From the NCBI GenBank assembly GCA_024704765.1, contig JAKMXF010000311.1:124001-188000 (forward strand): DNA of 64,000 nucleotides, given 5' to 3'. The notes under the pieces were generated by a model that was not told the origin of the DNA, searched no databases, and saw only the letters and a program-made list of their open reading frames with translations. Source of the stretch: Oopsacas minuta (Eukaryota > Animalia > Porifera). The position numbers and the translations under genes are program-made. Of this stretch, positions 1-14,048 are shown in pieces (within the stretch, counting starts at the first letter, position 1; each line of letters starts with the position of its first letter).

Positions 1-669
1 CCAAATGATGAAAATGATAATTATCAGGCATAAATATCAAATTTATTAAACAACAGCCACCCCATGAAACTCAATATACTGTATCAAATAAAATACAGTA
101 GGCACTATTCAAGATAAGATCGGCGCTGATTATTCATTGAAAATTGACGATAAATAATGTATTTCAGTATACCCTCCCTAATCCGGACAGGACCTAAGGA
201 TCAATACAACCTTTGGAAATTATCTAAATACTCAAAAAGAAAAAGTATAATCGTATCCAATTCCACTGCAGAATAGATATATAGTATATCAAATTGATAT
301 TAATTAATACACAAATGACAGGATTGTACAATTTTGGAAAAATCGTACTCTTAGATCATATATAGTAAACTCCAGTTATGACGAAAGGAATCAGAGGTTC
401 CGAGCGCTCCGTTGTAACAATAGTTTCCTATAGTATTGATCACTCTTGAAAGATGCAAACGATCCATCAGCTTTGCTACAACGTATACATGATAAATAAA
501 ATATATTGTACTAGTATACACCTGCAAAAATTCAATTCGACAATTTCATACTAAGTGAATGTGTGTTAATAAGTTAGTTACAACTCATGATGGAACAAAT
601 GCTTACTATAATTCTTTTAAGAACTTGATTACTGACCACAATTAACTGAATTCAGTGTTTATGTAGGTG

Positions 670-695
670 ATATATATATATATATATATATATAT
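670..695. repeat. (AT)13 microsatellite
   Basis: Perfect alternating AT run read directly from the sequence. Confidence 0.95.
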
Positions 696-1441
696 GGTAT
701 TATTGTTTGAAGTATACTTTTTGTAGTATTTATCATCATTTGTATCTATGTAAACATAAAATAGATTCGATAGTTCAAAATTCGAGATTTTCCGATATTA
801 ATATATTTCTTGATATAATTCCAATATTTTCGATATTTGAAATTTCCGTGACTTTTCGATATGGAAAAATATTGAGAAAATGTTGGGAATATAACAATAA
901 TTATCGAAAGTGATCATTTTCCCTAATCAATGTTTGTAAAACCTAGTTTAAATGTATAGAATTTGGGAGGATGCATCATAACATATATATTAGCAGGGTC
1001 ATATATCAGAGGGAAACGTTGAGATAATCATGAAAGTCAATAACAGTGAGTGTTATTGCTCTATTAGTTTCCATGGAAAGATGTTCATTTTGTAGTGGAA
1101 ACTGTAGCAGAAGGGGCAATCTGGCAAATACGGATTGAAAATAGGCGACTTCAATTATAGAATGTGTTGCTACCACTTCACTAAAAGTAAACATAATTCC
1201 TTAAATTAAATAGAATTATGCAAACATTTATCACTTTATTGAAAATGGATAAAATACAAATGACGAAACAAAATATTTGGAAAATATTACTACGTATTAC
1301 TATCTAACTAGTAATATTTATAGGCAATGTCACACGAGATCAAGTATAACAAATGACTAATTATATCTATACAAGTATTATCTTATGAATTAATTAAGCC
1401 TCAAACGAATAGAACTTTCATTAGCCAATGGAGTTGTAGCA

Positions 1442-2095
1442 TCAGTTTATAAGCACTTTCACATCCTTCAATAAAGGCTGAGCTTCATTATCTTTCAAAA
1501 ATTTCGAAAATTGCCATTTTCGAGACCCATTTTCAACTGGACTACGACAAGAATTTATGACACCATAGAGAAATGCGATACAACAAAAAATTAACAAAAG
1601 TACACTACAAATACTTAAGGCACTCAGGGTAATTAAAAAGGGTAGATTGAAATACGAACAAGACCATCCAACAACAGGATTATCTTCAGAAACAGAATCC
1701 ATTGTCACAAATGCAAAAACATTCTCAGCACCATCTAAAGCAATGCTACAAACTTCATTCACGTTTGCATAGCAACTAGCAATGATATGCGAATCAGAGG
1801 TATTTCCATTTTGAAGTGCTAAAGTTATTCCAGTGTTTTCAGGACTTCTAATGTGCACATACACAGGAAACGCTAGAGAATAAAAATATTTATCTCTGGG
1901 GCAATCAAATGCATTGAATGGAATTGATTGGAAATTTTCCGTGTTAGAAATCGTTGAGTTATGCCATTCAGTTGCAGAGTATGATTGGTTATTCGTCACT
2001 AAATAGATCACACCTGATATTATACTTGCTAGTGTTGCTATGGCGGAGCAAGGTGCACACAAACAAGCAGCAATATTAGACCTGTTTTCTCCCAT
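1442..2095 (-). CDS. Uncharacterised 217-aa membrane protein with two predicted TM segments and a Cys-containing luminal loop
   Basis: Intact ATG-to-stop ORF; hydrophobic stretches near the N-terminus and at about aa 148-178; C-tail has EAQPLL; a degraded paralog lies next to it. Confidence 0.7.
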   Translation of the reverse strand: MGENRSNIAACLCAPCSAIATLASIISGVIYLVTNNQSYSATEWHNSTISNTENFQSIPFNAFDCPRDKYFYSLAFPVYVHIRSPENTGITLALQNGNTSDSHIIASCYANVNEVCSIALDGAENVFAFVTMDSVSEDNPVVGWSCSYFNLPFLITLSALSICSVLLLIFCCIAFLYGVINSCRSPVENGSRKWQFSKFLKDNEAQPLLKDVKVLIN

Positions 2096-2326
2096 AGTAC
2101 GATATATCCAGTTTATGTGAGAATTTCATCTATAAATACTGAATACGAGAAAAATCAGTCTTTAATAATAATATTATCAATTACATTACTCATATATCAA
2201 AAGATTTTACCAATTATAGAATGGAAATGCAATCAGAAACACAAAAATATAATTATATTATATTAAAAGAATAATATATTACTCATCTAGCAATATTATA
2301 ATCTACAAATTAGACAATACATACAT

Positions 2327-2670
2327 TGCCTTATGAATTAACCTTAAAACAATTAGATTCTTCATTAGCCTCTAAAGTTGTACCATGACTCCATGAGTTA
2401 CGACCACTTTGATATCCTTCAATAATGGCTGAGTTTACATATTTTCACAAGTTTCGAAAATTGCCATTTTTGTTATTTCTTTTCAACTGGACAATGACCA
2501 TGATTTAATGTACAAAGAGATACACACGACAGATATAATCAACAAAACTATAATTAGAGCAGTCAGGACATTTAAAAAAGTAAGATTGAAATACGGACAA
2601 AACTATCCAACAACAGGATCATCGACAGAAACAGAATCACAGGTCAGAAATACAAAAACCAACAAAACCT
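2327..2670 (-). pseudogene. Degraded partial copy of the 3' half of the 1442..2095 gene
   Basis: Colinear similarity with about 1370-1720 (cttatgaatta, tccttcaataa.ggctgag, tttcgaaaattgccatttt, ttttcaactggac, agattgaaatacg, atccaacaacaggat, cagaaacagaatc), with indels and no long ORF. Confidence 0.75.
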
Positions 2671-4251
2671 AATATGAACATTAAGTGTAGTTGGTTGGTC
2701 CACAAATGTAGACGTTCTTACAATGATAGGGAGGTTCCCTAAACTTCTATTTAAGGAATCAAATTAACGAGGTTGACAAATAATATTATAATATAAATTT
2801 GATAGTAACGAATAAACTCATGCAACTTATCTTATGATTGAGCATAATAGTACCACTGTAGAAGTTCAATGAATATCAATCAATCCATTGTTTACTTTCG
2901 TTATTAATATGTAATTATATATTCTATACACCAGCGATAGTTGAAAAAGGCTCTTCATCTGCAGGGCCGTAGGACCCGGTGCGGCAGGTGAGGTGCTCGC
3001 CGCACCAATGATTTTTTGCTTCAGAGGTCCCTGATCTGACACTGATAAGAATACAAGTAACAAAATGTATTCAGAAATGAGGAAATCTTTTGATTCTTGT
3101 CATCCTTCCACAATCCATGGCATTATAGTTCTTATTCAGGGTATTAAGTATAATAACAAAGTATACTGGTTATAGTTGAATTAAATATGCCAAATTTGCA
3201 ATGAAAGTGGACTTTGAGATAAACTAGTAAAGAGTGGACAATGGATAAGAAAAGTTAGAAAAACTATTATATCCTTTAGATAATTAGCAAATGTTCAATG
3301 AAAGAGATGATATATAGCTACATGAATATTTAACTGAATACTCCCGGGAAAATGTGTGATTTAATGACGTCAAAAAGCTACTAAAATCTCGTTTATGGTG
3401 CGGGAATTGGTTAAAAGAGAGTGGTAAAATTTAGTGTTCCTTTTCTTTACGAATGTAACACTTCGGCCGTAATCGGTTAAGTTCCTTGGGTCATGGGTAA
3501 GTAAAGCAAGCAATGAAAACTCTGAGTAACAAAGTGTCCCACAAATATTTAAACCATGGTAATAACAGAAATCAGGGGCCATCTTCAGCAAGATAGAGTT
3601 TGTGTTATAAATCAGACAAATTTTATTATTCAAATTCGAGCAATTTTAGTTCGACACATGTAATAGCAGCTCCCCCGCCCACATCAAATTTCACATCCCC
3701 CCAAATATCTCAATTTGTCAACATTTTATCTAACTCTTGATGAAAGCATGTATTGTAATTAAATTGGCCATGAGGGCAATAATTATATAAAGATGATTAC
3801 ATCTATTCTGTCTAGCACGACATGTGTTTATTAATTTCGACTTGGTGCATTTAAATAGACAAATGAATGAGCAAAATATAGTCTAATTGTTTATACTAAA
3901 TAGAAAGCGTCATAGAATATTAAATTATAATAATGAGAAGCTGTCAGTAAGAATCCTCAAAATAGTAACAACATAAAAGTACACCTGTATTTCAATAAAT
4001 AAACAGTAGATTCTCGTAGTTCACAGTTAATACAGCTCTGAATAATACTTAAACTCTAGCAGATCTCAAACTGAGTAATCTGACACGAGCATATGACCTA
4101 ATCTACCTTTTCCATGCACCATAGAATTATAGATTACATTCTCAGGTCCCAAATTTCCAAAAATAAATATTGGATAGTTCTTGATAATTCGAAGTAAAGA
4201 CAATTTTTTTCGGTACAGCTAATTTCTGTATGTATAATTGGATTATGCAGA

Positions 4252-4380
4252 CAGTGGAGGACGGGGCATATGACCCGGTTTTGCCAGATCCCCAGACCAC
4301 CACTACCCATTTTATAATAAGATTTTTCCCGGGGTTTGAAATCTTGGCTCGGGCTATGCAAAATCCTTGGACCGCCTCTG
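4252..4380. mobile_element. hAT-like MITE relic
   Basis: Imperfect TIRs (CAGTGGAGGAC vs reverse complement CAGAGGCGGTC), GC-rich interior, flanks tatgcaga / tatacagg resembling a decayed 8-bp target duplication. Confidence 0.45.
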
Positions 4381-7047
4381 TATACAGGTTAAGAACTTAA
4401 GTTCTACTATACATATAGTATACTGTCATTGCAAATGGAGAAAGTTGAATAAACTTAAACTTAGTTATCAAAATATTAATTAAATACAAATAATAAACTA
4501 ATTAATTACCAAAACATGTTAATTGAATAATTAAATAAAGTAATTACTTCATAATTAATTAGTTCATGGAGAGAGAGTTGCACCAGTAAATTATCCATGG
4601 AGTTATTAAGAATACAATTATATTGCAATAATTAAATATGATATTTTAAGAAAAAGTAACTTTATAATGGAAAAACAATAAATTTTGTTAAATATTTAAT
4701 AATGTGGAATTTTCACGAATTTATATTTGATATTCTCCAATCGTTCTTATACGTAGGATGATGTGAATTGCATTCGAATATAATCTACAGTTTATTGTAT
4801 GTAAAATTCTCAGTAGAAATGTAATTACGTACAGAGTTCGATATGCAATAATTATATTAATTTGAAAAACTAACATTTGGTATAATTAATTGCCAATTTG
4901 AACGTGGATGTAAATTGATCTGTTAACACATAGACGTAGTAGACGATAAAAAGCAGAAAGGAAGAAGCATTGAGTAAAGTAATTGCACGATTTCAAGAAG
5001 GAAGTCTAATAAGGTAAGGGAAATTGGATATGATCTAAATGCGCAGTTAATGATCTTGGAAGTTCGTAATATTTTAGAATGTGGCATTTCGAGGATAAGC
5101 ACAACGTATAGTTAGTATAGAATATAGAACTTCGAACACCCCAAACAGTCACAATCATATTAATGTATATACCATACATACATTAAGTATGGCTTATGAG
5201 ATTCAATTACGCTCTATAGTGATAATGAAATTACAAGAAATTTGGATAATTGATGTCAAACGAAGTTGATATTTACACTTCACTTTTGTAAATTTTAGCT
5301 ATTTTCGTTCAAATGAGGATTTGAATCAACGAAAGAATTTTCTTAATCATAGTGTATTGAATAAACATAATAAATGGATATAAGGGAACACTATGTACAC
5401 CTAGTTATACGCGATAAGCTTATGGTATTCATATCTTTAAACGGTGTATGTCAAACTGATGCAATACATGTACGCAACATCTTCAAAAGAATACCAAATA
5501 AGGAATCAGCAATTTGCAACTTAGTATTAGCAACTAATATGAAGTCTTTTTAATTTAACCAAATGCAAAAAATCAACATACGTGTAAATAATAGTCTGCT
5601 ATTTAGTTGATCAACTTTCACTATTTTTACACGTGGCCTATGGAGGATATTAACAGGAATATAATAATACGAAAATTGGTGAGTTTAATATAGTAACCTG
5701 AATTACGCATAGAGCGTTTATAATTATTGGAATTTAATCCAAACTCATAGAAGAAGATGAATTGCAGCTGATACAGATTAAAGGGATAATAGTTCTAGAA
5801 ATATTTAGCCGAGATTTGTCAATGCTTAGCTAGGTGTTTGAGGAATTGTTGAAATCTATTGGAAGATGGAGTTAATTTCATTGCAAATGGACGACAGCTC
5901 TATTTGGCTTGATTTATTAACCTACAACATAATAAAAACAATCCAATAATAAGGATATCTCAGTACAACTAGAATTGCTGATAAACACATACGAATGCTT
6001 GTTTACGAGCAAGAATTAATAACAACTGTAATTATTTGCCGAAAATTAATTGCAAAAAATCTATAATTACATTCGGAGAAAAATATTGTACCTTCATATT
6101 GTCGGAACAGTAACGTAAATATGTTATATGAGATTTTGTCACATTGATGAGAATTTTAATGATTTCTCCTAAGCGAAAGAGTGTAGTCACGGTTTTTTCT
6201 GAAATAATCTATCACACAATACTCTACCTGTGGAAGTACAATGGTTTCGTGAAGTGATATCATGTATAGAAGAATATTCCCTAGTTATCTATGTAATAGC
6301 AATGGAAGCAGTATAAACTGTATTGAAGAATCCACAATAGATTATGTATTCTCGTAATACAGATTTATCTAAAATATTGCAATACAATTACGTATATTTG
6401 AGAGGAAAGTTCAGACGCCGAGATTGAAAGACATTTAAAGAGTTGAAGCTATGCAAAATTAAATGGTAGCTTATTTAGAGATCGTCTCGTAACCTCCCAT
6501 AGAAACAAGAATTACAGGGGCGTAGACAAGATTTGTCTTATGACATAAAGTTGGCGTTTTGGACTATGAAATGTAGGATGATGCCAGAAAGTTTTCTGCT
6601 TAAGCCCCCAAGCCATTGTAAACCAATTTTACCATAATTAGAACAAAACTTTTGCTAAAATAAAAGAAATTGATAAAAATCTACATATAAGGATGTCAAA
6701 AATATAACCTTAGAGTCTAGTAATGAATCTAAAGTCAATCCCAAATAGGTCATTATTCTATAATAAGAACTAATTAATTATAATACCTACTGAGAAGTCG
6801 AAATATTTCATAGAAACTGAATTATTAAGATAATTGAAAGATTAGGTGGGAAATATACTACATTTAATGCATTATGTTTACGTATAATTTCATATTGAAA
6901 GAGCTCTTTAGATTGCATCGTAAGAATTCAGTGGTTAATAATAATACGAAATTCAATGAAAACGTATACACCAATAAAGTATAAATAGAGATTGGCTAAG
7001 AAGTAAGAAATATAATAAGAATTTAAACAATATAACAAATATTCAAA

Positions 7048-7983
7048 ATGCTAAAACTGATAAAATCTCAATTCAAAAAATGCTGTACGAGATGTACTTA
7101 TAATGCAAAAAAGTCAGCAAAAACAGAAATAGAAACAGTCAAAACTGGTTTTGAAAAATACGAACTCATAGAACAAATCGGTGAGGGTGGCTGTGCAAAG
7201 ATTTTCCTTGCAAACAACATTGTAACAAACGAAAAATGCGCCATCAAATGTATAGAAACTAAAACAGAAAAGGCAAAGAGGTATCTTCAATACGAAATCA
7301 GCACGATGCAGAAGATGAAAGGAATAAAGGGGGTAGTACAAATGCAAGAAACATTCAAAGATGATGAAGAAACTACACACATAGTAATGGAACACATCAA
7401 CGGATGGTGTCTACAAGATGTAGTTGAAAACTTACAAATTGATGAACGAGTAATAGCAACTCTCTGTAAAAGCATATTAAAATCTCTGCAACAAGTGCAT
7501 GCGCGACGAATCATACACAGAGACATAAAATGCGGTAACATAATGCTCACAAAGGATGGAGAAACTAAACTGATTGATTTTGGGTATGCAACTTACTGTC
7601 CTGAAGGTGGTTACGTGAAAAGCGGGAAAGTTGGTTCCATGTTCTGGATGGCTCCAGAGATATTCCAAAAAGAAGCTTACAACCACAAAGCAGATATTTG
7701 GAGCTTTGGAATTATGGTACTTGAGATGTACTTAGGCGACCCTCCTTACTACGGATCACCAAAAACAAACGAAACAATTGTAACCCATCTAGCTATGGGA
7801 GATGTACCTATACCAGGCGGAATGTCATCAAAAATGCAGAATTTTGTCAGAAGATGTCTAGCATATTCACCAGATGAGAGACCAAATGTTGACGAGCTTC
7901 TAGATGACGTATACTTAAGAGATACAGTCACGATAGAAGATATTGCAGACAATATCAATAGAATGTTCAAAGTTACAGTATAA
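7048..7983 (+). CDS. STE20/PAK-like Ser/Thr kinase, catalytic domain only, intronless
   Basis: GEGGCA loop, AIK, HRDIKCGN, DFG, FWMAPE and DIWSFGIMVLEMYLGDPPY (PAK-type subdomain IX); no CRIB domain. Confidence 0.9.
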   Translation: MLKLIKSQFKKCCTRCTYNAKKSAKTEIETVKTGFEKYELIEQIGEGGCAKIFLANNIVTNEKCAIKCIETKTEKAKRYLQYEISTMQKMKGIKGVVQMQETFKDDEETTHIVMEHINGWCLQDVVENLQIDERVIATLCKSILKSLQQVHARRIIHRDIKCGNIMLTKDGETKLIDFGYATYCPEGGYVKSGKVGSMFWMAPEIFQKEAYNHKADIWSFGIMVLEMYLGDPPYYGSPKTNETIVTHLAMGDVPIPGGMSSKMQNFVRRCLAYSPDERPNVDELLDDVYLRDTVTIEDIADNINRMFKVTV

Positions 7984-10900
7984 CTTTTATTTCTATGTTT
8001 TTCAACAACTTATATTTGTATATACGATTTTTGTTCACTTTATTGAAAAATAAACTTTTAGCAAATATATCGTCACAATTCTCTAGCAATGGGTAATTAA
8101 CAAATACCTGTTTAACAGTTTAACATCATTGCAATGTTTACACTAAAAAATTAACGCACGATGGTGATACGATTTAGTAGAGTCGAGGGTTCGAACGTAA
8201 TTGAATGATAATTTCAAATTTGTAATTGAGATCGTGTTTGGACTATACAGTCATATTATACAATAAACACTCTATACAATTGGGTTGGTTTGACAAATGA
8301 AGTAAGTACATATCTGTGAGTATTACTTGTGTAAGATATTTTGTTACTACACTATACTGTTAGTATTAATGGAAGTAATATTTGATTGCAAAATAATTGT
8401 AAGAGGCTGATGGAGCCAATACAGCTCAATTGGGACAATATTTCTTAATATGCCAACAATAGAACTATATCAAATAGTGCATTAACAGCTTTCACATTAA
8501 GATTAGCGCCAATTTTTAAGACTGAATATTGGCCAGTAAAAGCAAAGTATAATTGAACACGTGTAGTAAGATCATACTCTACTACCCCCGTGAAATATTC
8601 AAATTAATTAAGATGCTCTCTTATAAAGTGTCTATAGATACAGCTGTATTAGCCTGATGGTAAAGAGATAATCTATAGCACATCTTGGGTATTTGAATAA
8701 TCACTGTATTGATGTTAAATTTGTATGTTTGTCCTATTCACTACATCTGGTTCATACTATTACAGATACACTAATTAGATTAAGTGGGTGTCTTGTTACC
8801 ACGATAAAGTGCTGTAAATATGATCTTATTACAGGAGAAACGCTTATCCCATAGAATTATGATCAACTACGTAATAGCAAAATGGGTGATTTAGAAGCTA
8901 TTGTAATAGAAATAGAAACTATAGTACAGTGTAACCTCCTAATATAAACACGGTTAATGCGAATTTCCGGATAAGACGATCAAATATCTCCACAAAATCA
9001 GCTCCCTACAATGGCTATTCAATTGGCATTACTCCGGTTAATAAGAAAGTATATTACACTACACTACAAGTATATGTTACGTAGATTAAAAGGAGGGGAT
9101 AATTTTTGATAGGTTGAATGATATGATTATCTATTTCTTGAATAATTTTGTGAAAGGCACGATATGATTGTCCATTGCCCACGTATATGACAAAACATGC
9201 ATTATGCTTTATGTGATGGTATAATAGTATCATTTGTGATAACACACCAGATATTGTATGCTATGAAAAACAAAGCTTGCAAAATAACTTCTTAAAACGA
9301 AAGGAACATTTGAGATATTATTGCTCATATTTACTGTTGAGAAAATACATGCAATTTGTAACTAAAGAAACTACTATTAATATCCCACATGCATTTCGGG
9401 AAAATATTCAAGATTAATCTAACAAATATTTCTAGCTTTTGTTATTTGATTGCGATTAAAAATTCTATTCAATTTACAACAATTTGATCCTAAGAAACTT
9501 TCAATCAACTATGCATTTTGTGGAATTAAAGACCAAATATTAAGGAGAATGGCGAAAAATGCAAATAAATCACTATTAAAATTAAAAGCAATCCTCGGAA
9601 AAATGAGTGGATATATTTCAAATTCTACACTAATGTATTAATATGAAAATAACTTGATTTTGGGTATATATTAATTCATTCTGTGTGTACGTTACGTATA
9701 ATGTTAAATGACAGGACTCAAGCATTTGAAAATCTGTATTCGCTTGAGAGTATTTAACTAAGCATTGACTATTTTCATTGAATAAATGCTTTCAAATGAC
9801 TTGTACCCCACAGGTCTTTAAACTGTGAAGTGAACACTATCTAGATATAGTAATCATATAAATATGTTATAAAGCAATTTGATGCTATATTTGAAGAAAT
9901 CTGTAGGAGTTTCCAATTCAAATCTCAGCGACAGCTTCAATGACCAGTATTTGTTTCAATAGCAATACCAAATTAATTAAGCCAATCAATTAGCATTCAA
10001 TAGATGGTTGATTAAAGTAGATGATAAGAATTATCAGAATGGAGTCCTAAGATTCTCCAAAAACAAGATCGATCAGTCAACATAAATTGACTTAGATTCG
10101 TGAATAGATTTGACAAATAACTTTCGAAAAGTTTAAGCTACTGCCATTTTTAAGCGATATATAAAGTGTCAGCTTACAAATGATTGACTTACAAGGAAAT
10201 TTAGTCTTAATGTAGTTAAATGTTCTTATATGAAAGATGATTCTAAAATTTTCGGAGTAGTCTAAACTATACTACTGCGTTGATATGATTTTGACAGAAT
10301 TAAAGTAATAATGAGTTAATGATGGTGAAAATCAATTACAAATGATTTGGATTTGAACTCTTAAACTTTGGAAGTAAAATCATGGCCTGTAAGACACGCC
10401 TCCAAAATTGAAAATAATCACATTACTCTGAGTGGAAAATTTGATATACAATGTACAAATGTAGTAATAAAATATGAGATTAATCAAATTTCCAGAAATT
10501 TTATCAAATTTTTTACATAATAATTTCACAACCAAATCTGGCACAATTAATTTTTGTTAATTGATTATTAATCAACCACAAAAGAAAATTGAGACAGATT
10601 AGTTAGAAATATATGGGTAATAAAGTTAAGTCGATAAAAATACTATCACAGATAGCTTTGGCAACTTATGTAAGCATTAACTGACCAAACTGGGTTAGAG
10701 ATGCAACTTACAAGTTAAATGCAAATACATGTCAAAGTGCAAAGTGCTAAGTACACACTAATAGCAAGGCTGATAATCTCTCATACACAAAGGTGTAGGC
10801 GTAGGGCAATCTCAGGTATCAGAATATTAAGCAACTATGTAAATTAGCTCTAAGAAATTCTAAAATTAGTAAGGTAAAGCTCAGTACGTAATTATAAATC

Positions 10901-13723
10901 GATAGCGGATCGGTTTATAAGTTTGAATATAAAACAAGCTTGCGTACTAAGAATGCACTCCTCATTAGGATATTCTCACATCAATGAGTCCAAATATTCA
11001 CAGAATTGATCACACTGGCTATTACGACAGTAAAATATTAACAGCGACTAGGTACTGAGCGGTCTAGGGTAAGATACTCTACAACAATCGGTAAGGTAAA
11101 TTGTACATGTGAACTTACCCAAGAAATACTATAAACTCATAGCTATGTAAGTAAGTGATGTGCTATTATGTCAAGACGTTTCATTCTTAAAAATTGAATT
11201 ACACTCATGTTACTCATGCTACTCATGTACCCGACAATATATTATAATGGTTACACACTGGCCTCGGAAGCGCGTAATTATCTCAATTTCAAAGCATAAT
11301 TCTAAGTAAAATTGTAAAAATTGCAAGTTAGCAAATAGAGGCGTGTCGAAATACTCGGTACTATACAATTAAACTCCTCAGAGAGACTGTATAAGCTCTT
11401 ATACAATATCTGTCATATACAATATACATATATCAATTTCCTAATAAAGCATTCATACATATGATAGCCTTTATATGAATGACGTGAATATAAAGTCTAA
11501 TAAGAGAGGAGGGAGGATAGAAAATATTTAAGGAATGTAATAAAAACCTAAATTGAGCGATAAAATGCAGATTTTTCAAGGTGAAATAATTATAATTCCA
11601 TAAACAAATTTCTAGCAATTCATAACATAAATATCTTTTACTTGCGATAAAATTCTGTCAATTAATTGTATTTTTCGCAATTTACAATTGAAACTAAACT
11701 TATGCACTTCAAAACCAACCAATTACATGTTATAACACGTCTAAATAATCCGAATTACACTGTACAGCATTAAATCAAGATATTACACGACCATTTGAAA
11801 TTCTTCTTTGAATAATTATGCTCGCTTGATAGAATCAAAATAGATTATAATAGAAGAATCCTTCAATTAATGTATATTATGGAATTATACCAATTTCTAA
11901 TGTAATACCTCAAACTATGTAGTATTTGAGGAATTAGAAAAGAGTATTCGAGTAATTTAAGGTATAAATTAGATGACATTAAATATTACGCATTTTATAA
12001 ATTACTTATGGAATTTGTAATTGTGAGCATATTAAACTTGTCAATGAGTTAAAAGTTTTCGGTAATTCAATGGGCTCTTTCAATGTATCCTAAAAATAGT
12101 TGATTATGCTCCAATTCACAAATATTTATTAATATGATACAAATCAAATACTTGTAATACAATAAGCTAGGGACTTAAGCGATAGTACAGAGAAATAGAT
12201 TACGTATTATGTTTAGAAATTAATACGAGTGATAAGCTAATTAAGAAAGTACAAATATTCGTTTAGACAAACTACGATACATACTTAGGTTGTATTTAAT
12301 TTGGATAGCTATATGCCAGGATTATAAGTTAGCTGGCTACACCTTTAGCGAGGGACTCAATGATTCAAGAAGGCGTTATACGTGTATTCAAGGAGGTACT
12401 ACGCATACAAGATTTGTTTACTAATAGAAAAATGGCTTACGAAAGTCCTGTATAATGTATTTGAATACACAAATTATAAGTAGATTTCACCATATTTAGC
12501 TTAAGGAGTTTTGTAAAAGGATAATAATCGGAAAAATATTCGAAATATGCATAGATAGTTTGTGTAATTATTGAGAAACACAACGAACGCCCTCAATGAA
12601 AATATTATTAAAACACTAGGTATATATCTCATGTGTGCTTCATAACAAATTGATACAATATGTGAATGAATTAAATTACTCACAGAATTTGCATTATTAA
12701 TGGATTATAATTACTACAAATAATTAATATTAGCTTAAGGATGTCAATAAAATGCAATGGGAAAATAATTGAAAATTCCCAATTATAGCTTAATCATGAT
12801 TGAAACGGAACTATAGCTAATTAATTCGTATAAAATAATTTTTGTATGAATCATGAGTTTAAAGGAAATCTGCAGTGATATGTCAGAATTGGAAATTGAG
12901 GGATTAAGTAATAGATTTATTGCTGAACCTATCCTGCACCATTGTGCGGTGCTAGCTACCCTTCTAATTATAGCAAAGGTTTACAAGGCTTGGGTCTAGA
13001 CTAAGGTCCCATAAATACTTATTATACTTGTATATTATCAATTGGAGTTGAAATACATAATAGCTTTGGCATACAAGCAAAAATGGAAATTTTGTTCGGG
13101 TTCTAGACTTTATCAACATGTGTATTACGACATTTAAGCTTAATCCGTGCCTGTCTGTCTGATAATAAGAATTCAATATACTGAGTGGATCTTACTACGT
13201 ATTGCAAAGCTCAATTCAGCAAAGTTTAGTCGTTGTAAAATTGTTAAATTTTGCTATTGTACAAAATTGAGAAATTTATTAAAAAATAATTGCAGACACC
13301 TTTGATTAATTCAATGAAGATTAAACCGAGCAACCAATGGCTAACTAACTTTGAATGCAATTTACCTACAAATCAAGATTATTAACTCTTTCTATGTGGT
13401 TATCTCAGAATTTAATATATTCTATAACATTGCAAATACAAATTGTCACTGATTAAAACAATTAAAATTCCAAAATGTCTAAACATTGCATTTCAGGGAA
13501 TTAGAAGAATGAATATTGGAAAATTAATAATTAATGGATTGAATTATACATAAAGATTGTGTGTCAAAAGTAAACAAGCAAAACAGAAACTTATGTAACT
13601 AGTACAGTCGCAGAGTAAATAGTTAGGTTAATTAATTAAAATATCATAAATATGCATTCTTTTTATGCTACGAGAGCTATTCTCTCACTATCTTGTCATG
13701 GAGTCAGGATTAAGTAAATAGCG

Positions 13724-13876
13724 AGTTTAGAATAATAATTATGTATCATCATATTTGGAACAATATTTGTTTATTAGCAACCTAGTTTTCAAGTACCAAG
13801 TTTAGAATAATAATTATGTATCATCATATTTGGAACAATATTTGTTTATTAGCAACCTAGTTTTCAAGTACCAAGT
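13724..13876. repeat. Perfect 75-bp tandem duplication (2 copies)
   Basis: agtttagaataataatt...caagtacca starts at 13724 and again at 13799. Confidence 0.9.
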
Positions 13877-13895
13877 GTAGATTTTGTACTAAATA

Positions 13896-14048
13896 CAGTG
13901 GAATCTGCATAAACCGCTCGTTGGGACATGAAAATTTTGTGGGTTTAGCAAATTGTCTGATTATGCAGGTGAATTTGATTGTCAGAAGCTGATTTGGACT
14001 ATAAACACTATCGGATTATACAGGTTTCTGTTTATGCAGATTCCACAG
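13896..14048. mobile_element. Tc1/mariner-pogo-like MITE
   Basis: TIRs CAGTGGAATCTGCATAAAC / GTTTATGCAGATTCCACAG (1 mismatch), TA on both sides. Confidence 0.8.

Noticed and set aside
1006-1194. 62-aa minus ORF with an upstream acceptor-like tttacttttag, tested as a missing ARMC4 exon
   Set aside because: No ARM-repeat similarity in the open frame; the other two frames are closed.
5700-13200. Coding-like patches (about 5750-6480, 8400-8900, 9900-10150, 12300-12450, 12870-12990), including a GANLNVK ankyrin-like word
   Set aside because: Frames are interrupted by stops and I could not assign any family; a translated search would be needed.
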